Shown here: one piece after another, positions 13,576 through 26,702 of the stretch
Position numbering within the stretch: position 1 is the first letter of the stretch
Layout: the number at the start of each line of letters is the position of its first letter
DNA from: Takakia lepidozioides
Taxonomy: Eukaryota; Plantae; Bryophyta
Length of the DNA: 64,000 nt
Reading direction: 5' to 3'
NCBI GenBank assembly: GCA_030704615.1
Contig: CM060733.1
Location: 1,550,001 to 1,614,000 of the forward strand
Translations under genes and position numbers: made by a program
The notes under the pieces: generated by a model
Databases searched by the model: none
The model's input: only the letters and a program-made list of their open reading frames with translations
What the model was told of the DNA's origin: nothing

Positions 13576-14984
13576 CATCTTCTTTGTAAGCTCTAGTAAC
13601 CTCGCCACAAATCTCATGGGACACCATCCAAGGGAAAGGGAAGAAGATCACACCACAGCAACAAAGTAGCAGGATTTGAACCCACAATTACCTGGGTGGG
13701 ACTATTCAACTGATGGTGGTGTATTAATTGATTTCATTTAAAAAAAAGTAAAGGCAGATGCCATTAATTTTACTGCTAGAATATAAAAATAGTAAGCATG
13801 ATACTTATGAGATGAGGATAAGTGAGACGGTGACTGGATAATTAGCAGGTCACCACGTCACCACAGTGTATTGTTTAGACGTTTAGACCCACTGGAATGA
13901 TTTGTAGTACTAAAACGAGATTTGAAATATGTATAAAAAAAAAAAAGTTTAGGGCACAGTTTGAGTATTACATGACTGATGCTTAGGAATATTCTTGAGG
14001 AGATGACAGGAAAACCCCAGAGGGAAACTCCAAATGGGACTGAAGAATGGTGAAGAGGATAGCTCATAAACAAGCGGATTGTGGAACCCACATTTCGCAT
14101 TAGTGGGGGCGATCCGAGAAAGAGAGAGATCAAGAAATTGGAGTCTAATAAGTGTGGTGGCGGTGGATAGCTTTCCAGGTCCCCATTCCATTGGTCGATT
14201 TTGTGTTATCTCTTGGTATTGGGGATGGGGGGTGGAGCTGGAGGGTGTACCAGCAGGTCAAAGTTGAGGAAGTTGCAGCAGCACTTGCAAATATATACTG
14301 CGAATGTTGAGGAAAGCAACAAGGATACCCTGAATATTCCCATCGCTGACAAGATTTTGGTCCTTGGATGGTGGTTTTGAATCATTGTATTGAATGCAGA
14401 GATGGGTGCAGGGTTCTCGTGGTAAAAGTTTTTCTCTGTCGGTAGCCTAGCTGAAAACTATCTTTCCGACAGCTACAATTTGGGATCCTTGTCTGTGCTC
14501 TGGGGATTCCACGCACTTGCAGGGCAATCGTTTGAGTACATGGTGTCTGGGTTGGGTTGTGAGTGTTGCGAGCTGGATGTGCGCATGTCTTGTTTGGATT
14601 TGCAGAGGAGACGATTTCAGGCAAAGACTTGCAGGATAGGATAGCACAGCAGAGGGATCCTGAGCCACAAGCCCGCTCTGCCAAGCGGTTGTCGTGTCGA
14701 AGGTTGTGTCATGGTTGACCGAATCTGCTAAAGCACGTACATACATACAGAGAGGCAAAAAGAAAGACAATTGAGATAGAATACAAGTGTAAACAGCAAA
14801 GTTGGTTGGCGACATAGACAAGGTACTTTGCAGGGTACTTTAAAGGAAGAAGCTCTGCCCTCGAGCTAAATTTATCCTTCGCGATTTCGTGGGATGCATG
14901 AGATTGTTGCAAAAGTGACCGAGGATTTGAAAATCCTGGGGTGTCGATCATGAAACGCCTTGGTGAAAGGGACGGAGGCAGACA

Positions 14985-17900
14985 ATGGCGGGAGCCATGA
15001 GGATGAGAGATGTGACTATTGCGGTGGTTGCCGTGGTATCCGAAGCCTCTATACATACATGGGCCGTCGTCGTGGCCGGCATCTTTGTGCTCTTTGCACT
15101 TTCCCTCTCCACGTTCCTCCTTCTTGATCATCTCTCGACCTACAACGACCCTGAGGTTTGTGAAATCTCTTCATTTCATTTCATTTCTCTCTGAGAGGGT
15201 GGGTTCATAGCAAATTTTCACCGTATTGGTCTAGGAGTTCGCCTTTCTTTCTTTCTTTCTTTTTCCATTTAGGTCTGGCAGCAACTGCATTCATGTTTTT
15301 CATGTCTGCAAGCCGCAGGGATAGATGGTTAGTCCTGGAATCACCCTCTTGTTATGTTAATGTCCGCCCCTGAAACCGCAGCGTAGTCGGCTTTAGCATT
15401 GTACCATTCACGGCTGTCAGTCTCAACCCTTGTGAGCTCAAGTCTCCCAGGCCCTTCCCGTAGGGTTTGTGTCCAGTGGGGGATATGCCTTAAGGGTTCG
15501 GTGCGCCCATTCACAGAGCGCTCGATTACGTGTTCCGTATATATCTCTGTTATTATTACGTGTAAGGATTGGCAAATTATGTCATCAGGAAGGTGGATTA
15601 ATGTTTGGGGGCAAAATGTCTAATTGTTTGCAGGTCGGAGAAACCTTGATGTCTTTCTCGTCTCTTTCTTTGGCAGTTCATTCCATACTCACGTGACGGC
15701 ATAATATTGTGGTTTTTGTCTGGCCTGGCAGGAGCAAAAATGGCTCATCGGTATCATTTTTATGGTTCCAGTTTATGGAGTGACCTCGGTAATCCCACCT
15801 TTGTGAAATCCTTGAATGCATGGCATACATATGTAGAGAGTGAGTATGGAAGAGATGGGAAATGCCAGTTTTGCCAGATATTTTGGCAATTTTGCTGCAT
15901 TCTTGCATTCAATGAGACAGAGGGATTTAGAATTAGAAGGTTGCTATTTATTCATTGCTTTTGCAAATAATGCCCATAGCATGTCACTTGCAGCGTACTT
16001 CAATGCGAAACCAGTAACCTTCTTGAAGGGGCTGTGGTGGTCTTGGAGGGATGTAGATTGCATATGTTTGCGTCTAGCTGCAAGTCCCCTGTTTGTACCA
16101 GCAGAAAAGGGGATGTGGAAGGAGAGAGAGAGAGAGACTGCAGTTTAATCACTTGAAATGGAATTCACTGCTTGGAGGAATTGATTGAAGATGGGGAGCT
16201 CAATTTCTTCAGTATCATGTGTCACTGATGAGGTCAAATTGTTTGGCAGTTCCTTTCCTTATGGAAGCCGGAGTACTCATTAGAGTGCAATATACTGGGC
16301 AATTGCTACGAGGCGTATGCACTCTATTCGTTTGGTTGCTACCTCATAGCCTGCTTAGGTGCGCTTTTTCAAAATGAAGCTTTGGTTGTTGAGGGAGTTG
16401 TGGATGTGTTTTGTCCGTTAATGGTAAGGGGGTCTTCTGTCTCTAGTCCAGAGAGTACCTATTACTGTGGTGTAGGTGTGTCCTGTGCATAGGCTTTTGA
16501 GTGGCAAATAGGGGAATATCTTCAGTCTTTTCATACACAGACTTCTGACAAAGAGCGGGAGAGAAGCAGATGTGTTCGAAGTATGACCAATTCTGTTGCC
16601 TTATGGCCATAGCTTTGGTTCACACAGAACCTCCAATTGTGACTATCTTAGTCTGAATGTTTCTGAGCTCCCCCAAATTGGCCAGATTTGAGTTTCACTG
16701 GGTCTGGTCCTGAAAGCAATGCAACATTGAGTTGTACATATGCACTGCATCCTAGCTGACTGCTACAGATAGAGATACACAGATTCAGATTGTCACCATA
16801 GCCTCAAATATCAGTCATAATGTTATGAAGTTTTGTGACTGGGTTTGATCCCAGGGGGAGATGAAATGGCGATAGAAAAGTTGGATAGGCAAGGATTGGC
16901 GGGGCCTGGTACACCACTCCTGGAGCAAAGTACAGGAATCAGAGCTATGGTGCAGCATCCAGTCCCTCTTAACTGGTGTATAGAACCCTGGGAGCTGGGG
17001 CGCCCTTTCTATGATGCAGCCAAATTCGGCATTGTGCAGTATGTAAGTCTTTCTCTCTCCTCTCTCTTTATTTTCTTTATGCTCATGCTGATATGCTTCC
17101 TTGCATGCAGCTCCTACAGTAGTACAGTTTGCAGCTGAAACTTGAAAGTGTCTTCACATGCAAGATAACCGGCCGTGCACGTCCATAGTTAGACATGCAG
17201 AAAATTCCACCTTGATTTCTGAAGTCCGTTATCATTTGAGCACTATAATGTGCAGTTAGCCGTTCACAATTTAGTTTCATCTCATCGTGTTGCATTCGCT
17301 CAGACGCAGACCAAGATCTACGACTAGCAATGTCTTTCCCTTGGCCCTTACCTGTGCATGCTTTCAAGTACGTCTTAATTCTTACTTTATGCTCTTCGCT
17401 AACTATATACTCTACCGTCCTTCCTTACCTTGGTGGCCATTTCCAGCTGTCAGGCCATCCAAGCAGTTCCTTGCACTCCCTCTCCTTATCCCCCTGCCAC
17501 GAAGGAGTCTGGACAAACCCCACCCTGCACCTTCCTCTTTCTCTGAGCCCCCCCCCACACACACACAACATGCATCCATAAGGGTTGAAATGTTGCAGAT
17601 GATATTGAAGACGGCATGCGCCTTGCTGGCACTGTTGTTGGAGCATTATAATGCATATGGAGATGGAGAATTTGAATGGGACTATGGGTAAGTTTGCTCC
17701 ATACTCCTGGCAATGTCTGTCTCGTTATCAAGTTTAGGTTGTTGGGTTATTCCATAACAGGTGGTCCACTAGATAGGGATGCTGGGCACATCGAAATCTA
17801 TTTGTGTGAGAAAAGTGACAAGAAAGTTGGCTCTGCTGCAGGTATCCGTACATAACAGTGGTCCTCAATTTCAGCCAAACATGGGCAATTTACTGCCTTC

Positions 17901-19464
17901 TGCAATTCTATTTTGTGACACATGACGAACTGCAATCAATCAACCCATTGGGGAAGTTTGTGTGCTTCAAGTCCATTGTATTTGCCACGTGGTGGCAGGG
18001 GGTGATCATTGCGTCTATTTTTTCATCAGGCTTTGCTACACACTGGTTCCCTGCTGATGTGACCAATGGTGGAAAGCTCCAGACCAGCCTGCAGGACTTC
18101 CTCATCTGTATCGAAGTAGGTCAAATCTCCTCTCTAGACTCGGTCATTTCTTTCCCATGGATGTAGCTGATTGAGAGGGGAAAGGCTCTGCTCTCCTTCT
18201 CCATTATGGACTGAGCATGGTTTTTAATTACCAGGTTTCCCCTCTTGTGTATCAAATCCTGCTTGATAATTGTATCAAACTAGTTCGTTGGCTTTTGTGG
18301 TTTGTGCTTCCCTGGGGATGTTTGAATCATGCAAAATAGGATTGACTGCAGCTGAATGATTCCTCCCTGCATGCACACAATCCGCAGCAGTGGAGTTTTC
18401 TGTCCTGGGGAAAAGTAATGGAGAGTTATTGAATGTTTGGGGAACCCGGGAAGGGCGGTGTGTAAGATTCCCTCATATGCTCCCAGAATTTCTTAGATAG
18501 GTGTAGTCGGGAAAAACAAATTGTATGGCTGCTGCACTTGTGCTATCAATCTTGGCCTGTTTGGATCTTTGTGCACACTTAGACTGCTGGCTGCAATTAG
18601 CTTGGATGTTGAGATGTGGGATGCTTCCAGAGTTCTGTCAAAATTTGGTTCATATCGGGGACTGACTTGGTCACATTCACAATAGATGCCATTTGAAACT
18701 CTAATTTGCTGTTGTTGGTGTGGTCCTGCTTCCTATAGATGGCATTCGCAGCTGTAGCTCATATTTATGTATTCCCTGCCACGCCTTACCAGTTGATTGA
18801 TGGAAAAGTGCGGAGAAGCGGAGGTGTAAAAGTCCTTACTGACTATGCCTCAATGGATTCCTCTCCTGATCCGGAAGAAGTTCGAGAGAGTGAGCGGCCC
18901 TCAATTGTGAAATTATTTGGGATAGGTGTTGAAAAATCTGCCACCAGTGTGAAAGAAAGTGTCCATGACGTGCTCATTGGTGGTGGGGGACATGTACGTA
19001 CTCCATTCCTTTTCTATTATATTTGTCCACTTTGTATGATGTGCTTGCCGGGTTAGCCAAATGTATTTCACCTGTCTCCTGCTCGGCTCCCAGTCTGTCT
19101 TTCTCACGTTTTCATATATTTGCAGGTGGTCCATGATATGAAGATCACCATGTCTCAGGCTGTTGAACCAATGGAAAAGGGGATTACAAGGATCAATGAG
19201 ACCATTCAATTGTGGGGTGGAAAGCACAAGGAAAGGAAGAGGCAAGTGAGCAAGGATGACAGCTGGCTTCTTTCAGGGGACAGTGGCCAACAGGTACGGG
19301 GAATTGATGATCCCCTCTTGTCTGGAAGTGTCAGTGACAGTGGGGTGTGGAAGACAAAGAAAGCGGGCATCTCACATGCTAGCGCAGAGAGTAGTGGGGA
19401 AAGCAGTGACCAAGGCCCGGAAGGGTTTAAAACAAGTGGCAAAAGATGGACGATCAAGAGGTGA
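14985..19464 (+). CDS. LAZ1/TMEM184-family (Ost-alpha/DUF300) membrane protein, 8 exons, about 493 aa
   Basis: Exons 14985-15155, 15732-15788, 16250-16358, 16855-17042, 17599-17687, 17842-18115, 18739-18993, 19126-19464. All introns are GT-AG with consistent phases (1482 nt CDS). Motifs HLSTYNDPEEQKWLIGIIFMVPVY, CYEAYALY, FGIVQYMILK, KFVCFKSIVFATWWQG, LQDFLICIEMA. Confidence 0.95.
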
Positions 19465-21574
19465 TGTCACCTGAGGTTCATATGGGCATCCTTTTTGGTT
19501 GATTTGGCACTGCCGAGCCTGTTAGCTCAACAGGGCCTTACAATGAGTGAAGTCTCCACCATAGCAAATGTGCAACCCCGACCCTATACTCATGCTTTGC
19601 TGGATCCTCGCCACCCTTCTGTACACTATCAATAATGTCAGTCCAACACTCACTAGTTTGAGGCTGGTCTTTGGATTTGATCCTGATCTTCTAGCTTGTC
19701 CTTAAATATCGCCCATCAATTTGTTGAGAAGGTATGCAAATGTAGGCCAATTGCCATGAGCTATTTAACATCACCCAACAGCTTGCTGAATTTGTGGTGT
19801 AGAGCACAGGTAGAGGTGTTCGTCACTTGGATGGCCTGATGCTGTAGCTGACTCACGGCCTCTAGCAAAGACCTCTAGTCACCCAGTTAAATTTTTTTGG
19901 GGGAGTTGATTGTTGGTGTAATTGATGGTCATGGTCTCCACTCACTGTTTGCTTCGATGCTGTGTTATCCACTGCATCGAATAAGCATTGATGGTATGTG
20001 TAGAGTAAGAGGCATACAAGTTCTTGAAACTTAAAACTACTTTCGTTCTTTGGGTACTTAAAATGTACACAAGTAGATTCCTATATACAGACATGTATGG
20101 TTGTTGCAATCTTGAGTTCGCTTGTGCTGCTGTCTACCAAAGATAAGCCATGGCCCTTTGGTTAATTTACCTGTCACATTAGTGGTGCTTCAACCAAACA
20201 AAATAGAACTGGTCCAGAGTCCAGACCAGGTCCAGACACCTCTAACAACAACACTCTAGTGATTGTGATCTAGGGAAGAAATTACAAAAGCAGAGATCAG
20301 TGCCAAGCAAACACTGCAACAGCCTTGGGGTGTGCAAGAAGGAAAATTATTATATCAGATTTAGACATAACTGCTTGAGCATTGCACTCGTATGAGAACT
20401 CCAGCTATGAGATGCTGGTCCTTGATGTAGCCTTGTTGTCATGGCCATACAACACAACCTGTAAAGGCACTGTCAATCCTGGCCTGAAATGCAACTCCCC
20501 TCAAAGGCCTGCAGCTTTTTCCACCCTTTACTGCAAAATCTGCACTCCTGGCCACCTTTTTATTCATTACTAAAACTGTGCTAAGATCTATAGAACTTGA
20601 CCATTCAATCATGTTCTTAACTATATCCCTTACCTCCACCTCAAATTTCATGATTTTTTCAGTAAGAATTGGAATCTTATAACCATCTTGTGAGCATGAA
20701 AATAGTCTGCAACCTTTGTAAAATAGGAAAAATAATCACAAATCTGATCGAAACTCCTAAATGGAGAATCCAATTGAGTCCAACTCCAACAAGAGTAGGT
20801 ATACCTCATGATGTTGGCCAGCTTCTCCTAAGTTTTCAGAGTTTTTAGACAAGTTTTGGGGATACCTCCTTTGTAGTGATTGGGAACTCGGAAAGGAGTC
20901 CACACATTGCATTTTCAGCACTTTGCCATCTTTTTTATCGGCTCCTCCCTATAAGGGAGAGACCACGAAAAATGAGTAAAGATCCTGATATACCTCCACT
21001 AGATAATACCTACATGAAGCACATAATCTTCCCCGCTCAAATGCTAACTTGAATGTACCTGATTGGATAAGACCCATAAGTGAATCTTACACATGTAAAA
21101 TATGAATGGATGGATGAATGAATGTTTAGGATGAACTAGGATGGATGAATGAATGTGCTTGAGTTTAGGGTTGTTAGGTCGCAGTGTTGCAGGGGCTGAG
21201 ACTTGGTGTTTTTGGGGGTCTGCGTCTTCTTAGTGCCAAAGCACGGTAGATGTCTTGTTGATCTGCAGGATATGCATAGCTTGGGTGGACAACCGCAATT
21301 GCAAGGTGTGGCTTTTCGTCAGTACAATGTGAAGAAGTTTGTCCATCCTGCAAAGGTGGGCTCTTGGCTCCTGTTAGTACCATGATTTGGCATTTTTCCT
21401 GATGTTTACAAGGTTCTTGGGAGAGTCGGCTTTCAATCTCTACCCGCTCAGCTACACCGTGGTGGTTCTCACAGACCAATCCGACATTATCTGACTACAG
21501 ACACAAGCAGCACACACAAGAGGTGGTCAGTCAAATCCTCGATGGTGACACAAGGTCGAAGGACAATGTGGTGA

Positions 21575-22590
21575 GGGCACCTTCTTCTTTGACCTATTTC
21601 AGCCTGTTTTGCCCTCTCATCAGACTCAGCCCTGAATTTGCAGCACGTAGCAGAGCTGACATGAGTTTTTTAAAGATCCTTCACGATGGTGTGACAACTG
21701 CGATCGCAAGGTGAGACTTTTTCTTAATGTACGATTGGGCCGTTTGCTAGAACACGGTTGGGGTGTTTGCTAGAACTAATGTAGGCTGTCATTGTCAGTT
21801 GCTAGCAGCAAGGCAAGGATGTATGCATGATTTGTGCAAAGCATGGATAGCTGTATAAGGAGCAGGGTAGAGTTTGGGTCCAGATTCATCCAAGAGGGCC
21901 GGATTTCAAGCTCAATATTACCTATGATACCATGTGGATCCATTGCTGCAAAAAACCTGCATGGGTAGATGGTCAACTGGAAGCCATAGCAGCGGCGGCA
22001 CAATTTGATAAAATCAGGCACTGCTAATGAAGGTACCTTCTTCAACACATTTCACCCTGTTTTTCCCTCTTATCAGAATCGGCCCTAAAATTCCATGTTG
22101 AGTTCTGCAAGTTAGCTGGTTGAGTGAATCTTTGATAGTTTGGAGTGACTTTGACATAATACTGCCAACGTGACAACAGGAAAGTATCCAAAAACATGTA
22201 ACAGAGATGAGGAGTAGCTGTGGAACGAATACTTTTCTGATCCCAGTCAATGGTGGGACAACCAAGGCAAAAAGGTGAAAGCCTGTTAGATTACAGAGAG
22301 TAGCAGACGCAATTCAGCATAAGAACTAGTGTGATAAGCTGAGTTGGGTGTTTCCTAGAACAAATATAGGCTGTCATTATCAGCTGCAAGGCAAGGATGT
22401 ATGCATGATTTGTGCAGAGGCAGTGATAGCTGAAGGGGCAGGGATAGAGTGTGGCTCCCGATTCATCCAAGAGGGCCAGATTTCAAGCACAAGATTACCT
22501 ATGATTCCCTGTGGATCAATAGCTACAGGAAACCTGCATGGATAGATGGTCAACTAAAGGCAGGTGCTGCAGCTGATAAAATCAGGCACC
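21575..22590. repeat. Diverged direct duplications of unknown origin
   Basis: 21780-22025 resembles 22365-22590 (AGGCAAGGATGTATGCATGATTTGTGCA; GATTCATCCAAGAGGGCC; AACCTGCATGG.TAGATGGTCAACT). 21577-21645 resembles 22032-22097. Confidence 0.8.
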
Positions 22591-22639
22591 TCAACCATGA
22601 CCACAGCTTCTGAAAGAGGATCGAGTCCACAATGCCTCT

Positions 22640-22950
22640 TCTGGCACTTCTGGGCATGTGAAGATGCTGCGTGAGGCAGACAGACTGAAAGAGGCTCTAC
22701 AGACTTTAAACCAAGGAGGCATTTCAACAGATTCAGATACGTATGTCTCTCTCTTGCTTAAGTGCATCAAGATGAAAGGTCTGAGATCAAAGGGGTGAAG
22801 CCCAACCACATCACGTTTTTGTGCATGTGCAATACATGTGCAAGCCTGGCAGCCCTGGAAAAGGCAAAGAGGTGCATGGTTGCATCGCGAAAGCTGGAAT
22901 TGTACCAGATGTCATTCTGAACAATACCCTCGTCGACATGTATGCCAGTA
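22640..22950 (+). pseudogene. PLS-class PPR gene fragment
   Basis: RLKEALQTLNQGGISTDSDTYVSLLLKC / GVKPNHITFL / GKEVHGCIAKAGIVPDVILNNTLVDMYA, spread across frameshifts. Confidence 0.8.
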
Positions 22951-24854
22951 ATTGTTGGATAATTAGTATTGTTTTTCTGATTGGTTCCTGTAGCAAGAAA
23001 TATATATAGTCTTCACTTGGCACCAGCTTCATGAGGTGGGCTTACTGGAAGATGAATCAAGCTTGGAATTGTCAATATGGATGGTCCATTGTTTTGTATT
23101 CTCTGCCTATGTCTTCTCCTTAAACCCTATGGTTAGGGGCACCAGTGTGGGCTGCTGTGTCTAAGAAGTTTGGACCAGCTTTGCTTGCTGGTCCAAATGG
23201 AATTAAGCCTTGTAGGCTTATATTGTTTCTTTCATGAAGCTGTGCAAGTCATGCTAATTGCAATTAAAACGATTCTGCTATGGGGTTTTGTTGCAGTACT
23301 GAGATTGGTTTTTTTTTTTCTCTCAGGGTTTGTAGAAATATTGGAGCAAAAGGCATCAGGGCACCCCTTTGAGAATGTCCCTGTGCTCTTGTCCCCCCGA
23401 CTCATGGCTCAGCCCTTTCCCACCTCCCTGTGAGTTCCAGTATCCACAGTTATCAATGCTAATTTGAAAGCAGTGCGCTTGGTATGCTCTGTTTGTCATT
23501 GGCAGTTTTTTAAATAATTCCAGTAGTGATCTTTTGTGTGGCCAGATCATTCTCATATCCTGCCAAAGAACTCGCATATTAATCATGTAATAGATCTTAG
23601 AATGGTCTTTTACTGCTTTTGAGAGGGGGGCAGCCCACAAGAGAGACACCAAACGGGCCGAGTATGATAGCTGACGCAGGTCCTCATTCGATATGTGGCT
23701 TGTTGCTGGATGGGTATCTTTGAGGCACACACATACATTGTTTCTAACATGATGTATCTGCTGTAACTAGGTTGGCTACTATCTCAAAGACTGATGCCAT
23801 GGAGATGACAGCAAAAGTTATGTGGGCTGAGGTATGGAAGTTGACTGGCCACTGAGAAAGGGCCATCTTCTCCTTCACCATGGGTGGAGACCCGGTGAGG
23901 TCCTTGAGGGGAGTATGTCAACAAGATACATAGTGATCGAGGAGTCTCTGTCCTGTACTAACATGTTTGGTCCCTTTGGGCTTCCTACCTATTTATCAAG
24001 TTTTTCATTAATCTCTTGCTGATGGTTGGCACCCCCACTTACCTGCCTTGTTTTTCATCCTTAAGTGCTTTGACCTTCCAGTGACAATATAGAATCGTTG
24101 TTCCTATTCTTCCTTTCTTTCTCTCAGTTTAATTTAATTTAATTTCTCTTTGTTTAATGAAGTTGTTTTTCTTTTTTTCTTATTCCTGCCCATTCTTCCC
24201 TGTTCCTGTTTCCCCCTGTCTGTACATCAGTATTTCAGTATTTCAATCAAGATTTTCAGCATTTTAATATCTCAGATAGTTCTTCGCCGAGTGTTTCAAT
24301 AGTATTTCAACAAGCATTTTAATATTTTAATAATTAGTAAATTCGAAGATCAGTTTTGTAATATCATACATCAATATTTAATTCATACATCAAGAAGTTC
24401 TACCAGGGCCTCTATCCCCAGCTTTACGAAGAAATAAATAAATAAATTTTTTCTTATGCAAAACATGTTTAAAATATAATTTAAATGTGTGATTATTTCA
24501 TTTTAATATAATATTTTAAGGAAATTGTTTAAGTGTTTTAGGGTGGAGCCATTACGCGACTAGTCGCTTGTTTTAATAAACAATAGGTTTTGTTATTTAA
24601 ATGACGGAACGTTCCCAATGTTCTCCAGGGCCATTGTCCCATGTTATGTACAAAAAGAAAACAAAAGAAAAAAAGCCGGGAAGTTCCTCATAGATATTTT
24701 ATTAAATCCATCCATGTAACTCCCCGGATGAGGTTCACCTCTAAGTAATATGCACTGAGCCATTGGGTCTCAAGGCTTATCCAATGGGCCATCCCATTCC
24801 ATGCTAGAAACCCTAGTCCACTTTGCCCAAGTTCTCACTTTCACAAGAGAGGCA

Positions 24855-24959
24855 GTTGAGACGTTGAGACACTAACCGATGAGGCGTTGTGTGATATTGG
24901 ATCTCTGTTGAGACGTTGAGACACTAACCGATGAGGCGTTGTGTGATATTGGATCTCTG
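24855..24959 (+). repeat. Perfect 52-bp tandem duplication
   Basis: GTTGAGACGTTGAGACACTAACCGATGAGGCGTTGTGTGATATTGGATCTCT occurs twice in tandem. Confidence 0.95.
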
Positions 24960-24979
24960 CCGAGCAATGTAGGAATGCA

Positions 24980-26702
24980 AATTTCCTGCTTCGATGCAGG
25001 AGGATGGATAGTTGTAAGGATCTTCGGACATGCAGTGTAATTCTTCTACCGGTCTTTGCTGGAGGGGGTTGGCCAGCTCCGAATTCGGTGACTGATGCAA
25101 GGTTCTGGCAAGCTTATGGTCCCTCATTTAAGTAGTCTTCTTTTGGATCTTTGATAGATACAATGGTGATCGGTCTCTGTTGAACTTTCTCTCCAGGTTT
25201 ACTATTGTGTGTTGACCTGTGATGTTGATGCTAGCGTGTTATTGATACCAATGCGGAGAAGCTTCTGATCCGTTTGTGAATTTACTTCCGTTTTGTGCCG
25301 AGCAGGTCAGAAAAATTGGCATGAAAGCCAACCAAGTTCAGTTTCGAGTGGTGTAGATGGAAGGTTATCTGACAAGGTATTTGTGCACTGTCGACTCTCA
25401 TGAAGGACTGTGCTACAGTCTAATATGCAGTTGTATGCATGCCTACTTGCCTGCATTGTTTGTAGTAAGTTTATAGTCCTCCCTTTTTGCTTGAATTCTG
25501 TATACATCGTTCTGGAAAGCCTTCCTATGATACATGTATTGCCTGCATTTAAACCTGATAGCGACATTTAGCCCTAGGTCGAGAATTGTCACCTGTCCGT
25601 GCAGAAATTGTATTGCGTGTTGAAGTGCATATGGCGTGAAGAGAAACGTGTCTTACTAAGTCTGCCGCATTCTTGAGGTTTGGTGAATTCTCCATTTAGG
25701 GGCCTGGGAGAGCGAGTAAACTAACTTAGTCCACTTATTTTCTTGCAGAGTACCTGACGATGGCAGGATCAGCAGCTTGTTCGTCGTTTGATGGTGGTTG
25801 GTGTACTCGTGGGCACTTTTGGACTGACGCTGAGGACAAAAGTGAATTTCCTGCTTCGATGCAGGACGATGGATAGTTGTAAGGATCTTCGGACATGCAG
25901 TGTAATTCTTCTACCGGTCTTTGCTGGAGGGGGTGGCCAGCTCCGAATTCGGTGACTGATGCAAGGTTCTGGCAAGCTTATGGTCCCTCATTCATGTAGT
26001 CTTCTTTTGGATCTTTGATAGATACAATGGTGATCGGTCTCTGTTGAACTTTCTCTCCAGGTTTACTATTGTGTGTTGACCTGTGATGTTGATGCTAGCG
26101 TGTTATTGATACCAATGTGGAGAAGCTTCTGATCCGTTTGTGAACTTCCGTTTTGTGCCGAGCAGGTCAGAAAAATTGGCATGAAAGCCAACCAAGTTCA
26201 GTTTCGAGTGGTGTAGATGGAAGGTTATCCATGTGACAAGGTATTTGTGCACTGTCGACTCTCATGAAGGACTGTGCTACAGTCTAATATGCAGTTGTAT
26301 GCATGCCTACTTGCCTGCATTGTTTGTAGTAAGTTTATAGTCCTCCCTTTTTGCTTGAATTCTGTCTACATCGTTCTGGAAAGCCTTCCTATGATACATG
26401 TATTGCCTGCATTTAAACCTGATAGCGACATTTAGCCCTAGGTCGAGAATTGTCACCTGTCCGTGCAGAAAATTGTATTGCGTGTGCATATGGCGTGAAG
26501 AGAAGTGTGTCTTACTAAGTCTGCCGCATTCTTGATGTTTGGTGAATTCTCCATTTAGGGGCCTGGGAGAGCTAGTAAACTAACTTAGTCCACATATTTT
26601 CTTGCAGAGTACCTGACGATGGCAGGATCAGCAGCTTGTTCGTCGTTTGATGGTGGTTGGTGTACTCGTGGGCACTTTTGGACTGACGCTGAGGACAAAA
26701 GT
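24980..26702 (+). repeat. About 860-bp near-identical tandem duplication of the ABCG 5' UTR/intron and first 28 codons
   Basis: 24980-25843 matches 25845-26702 with a few SNPs and indels. Both copies contain CTTGCAG|AGTACCTGACG-ATG (ATG at 25760 and 26619). Confidence 0.95.

Noticed and set aside
8855-13690. tRNA genes suggested by B-box-like motifs (about 8865, 11728, 13672)
   Set aside because: No cloverleaf can be built. At most these are SINE remnants.
21100-21175. Interstitial telomere repeat
   Set aside because: Only one TTTAGGG plus a partial copy within a (TGAA/TGGA) tract.
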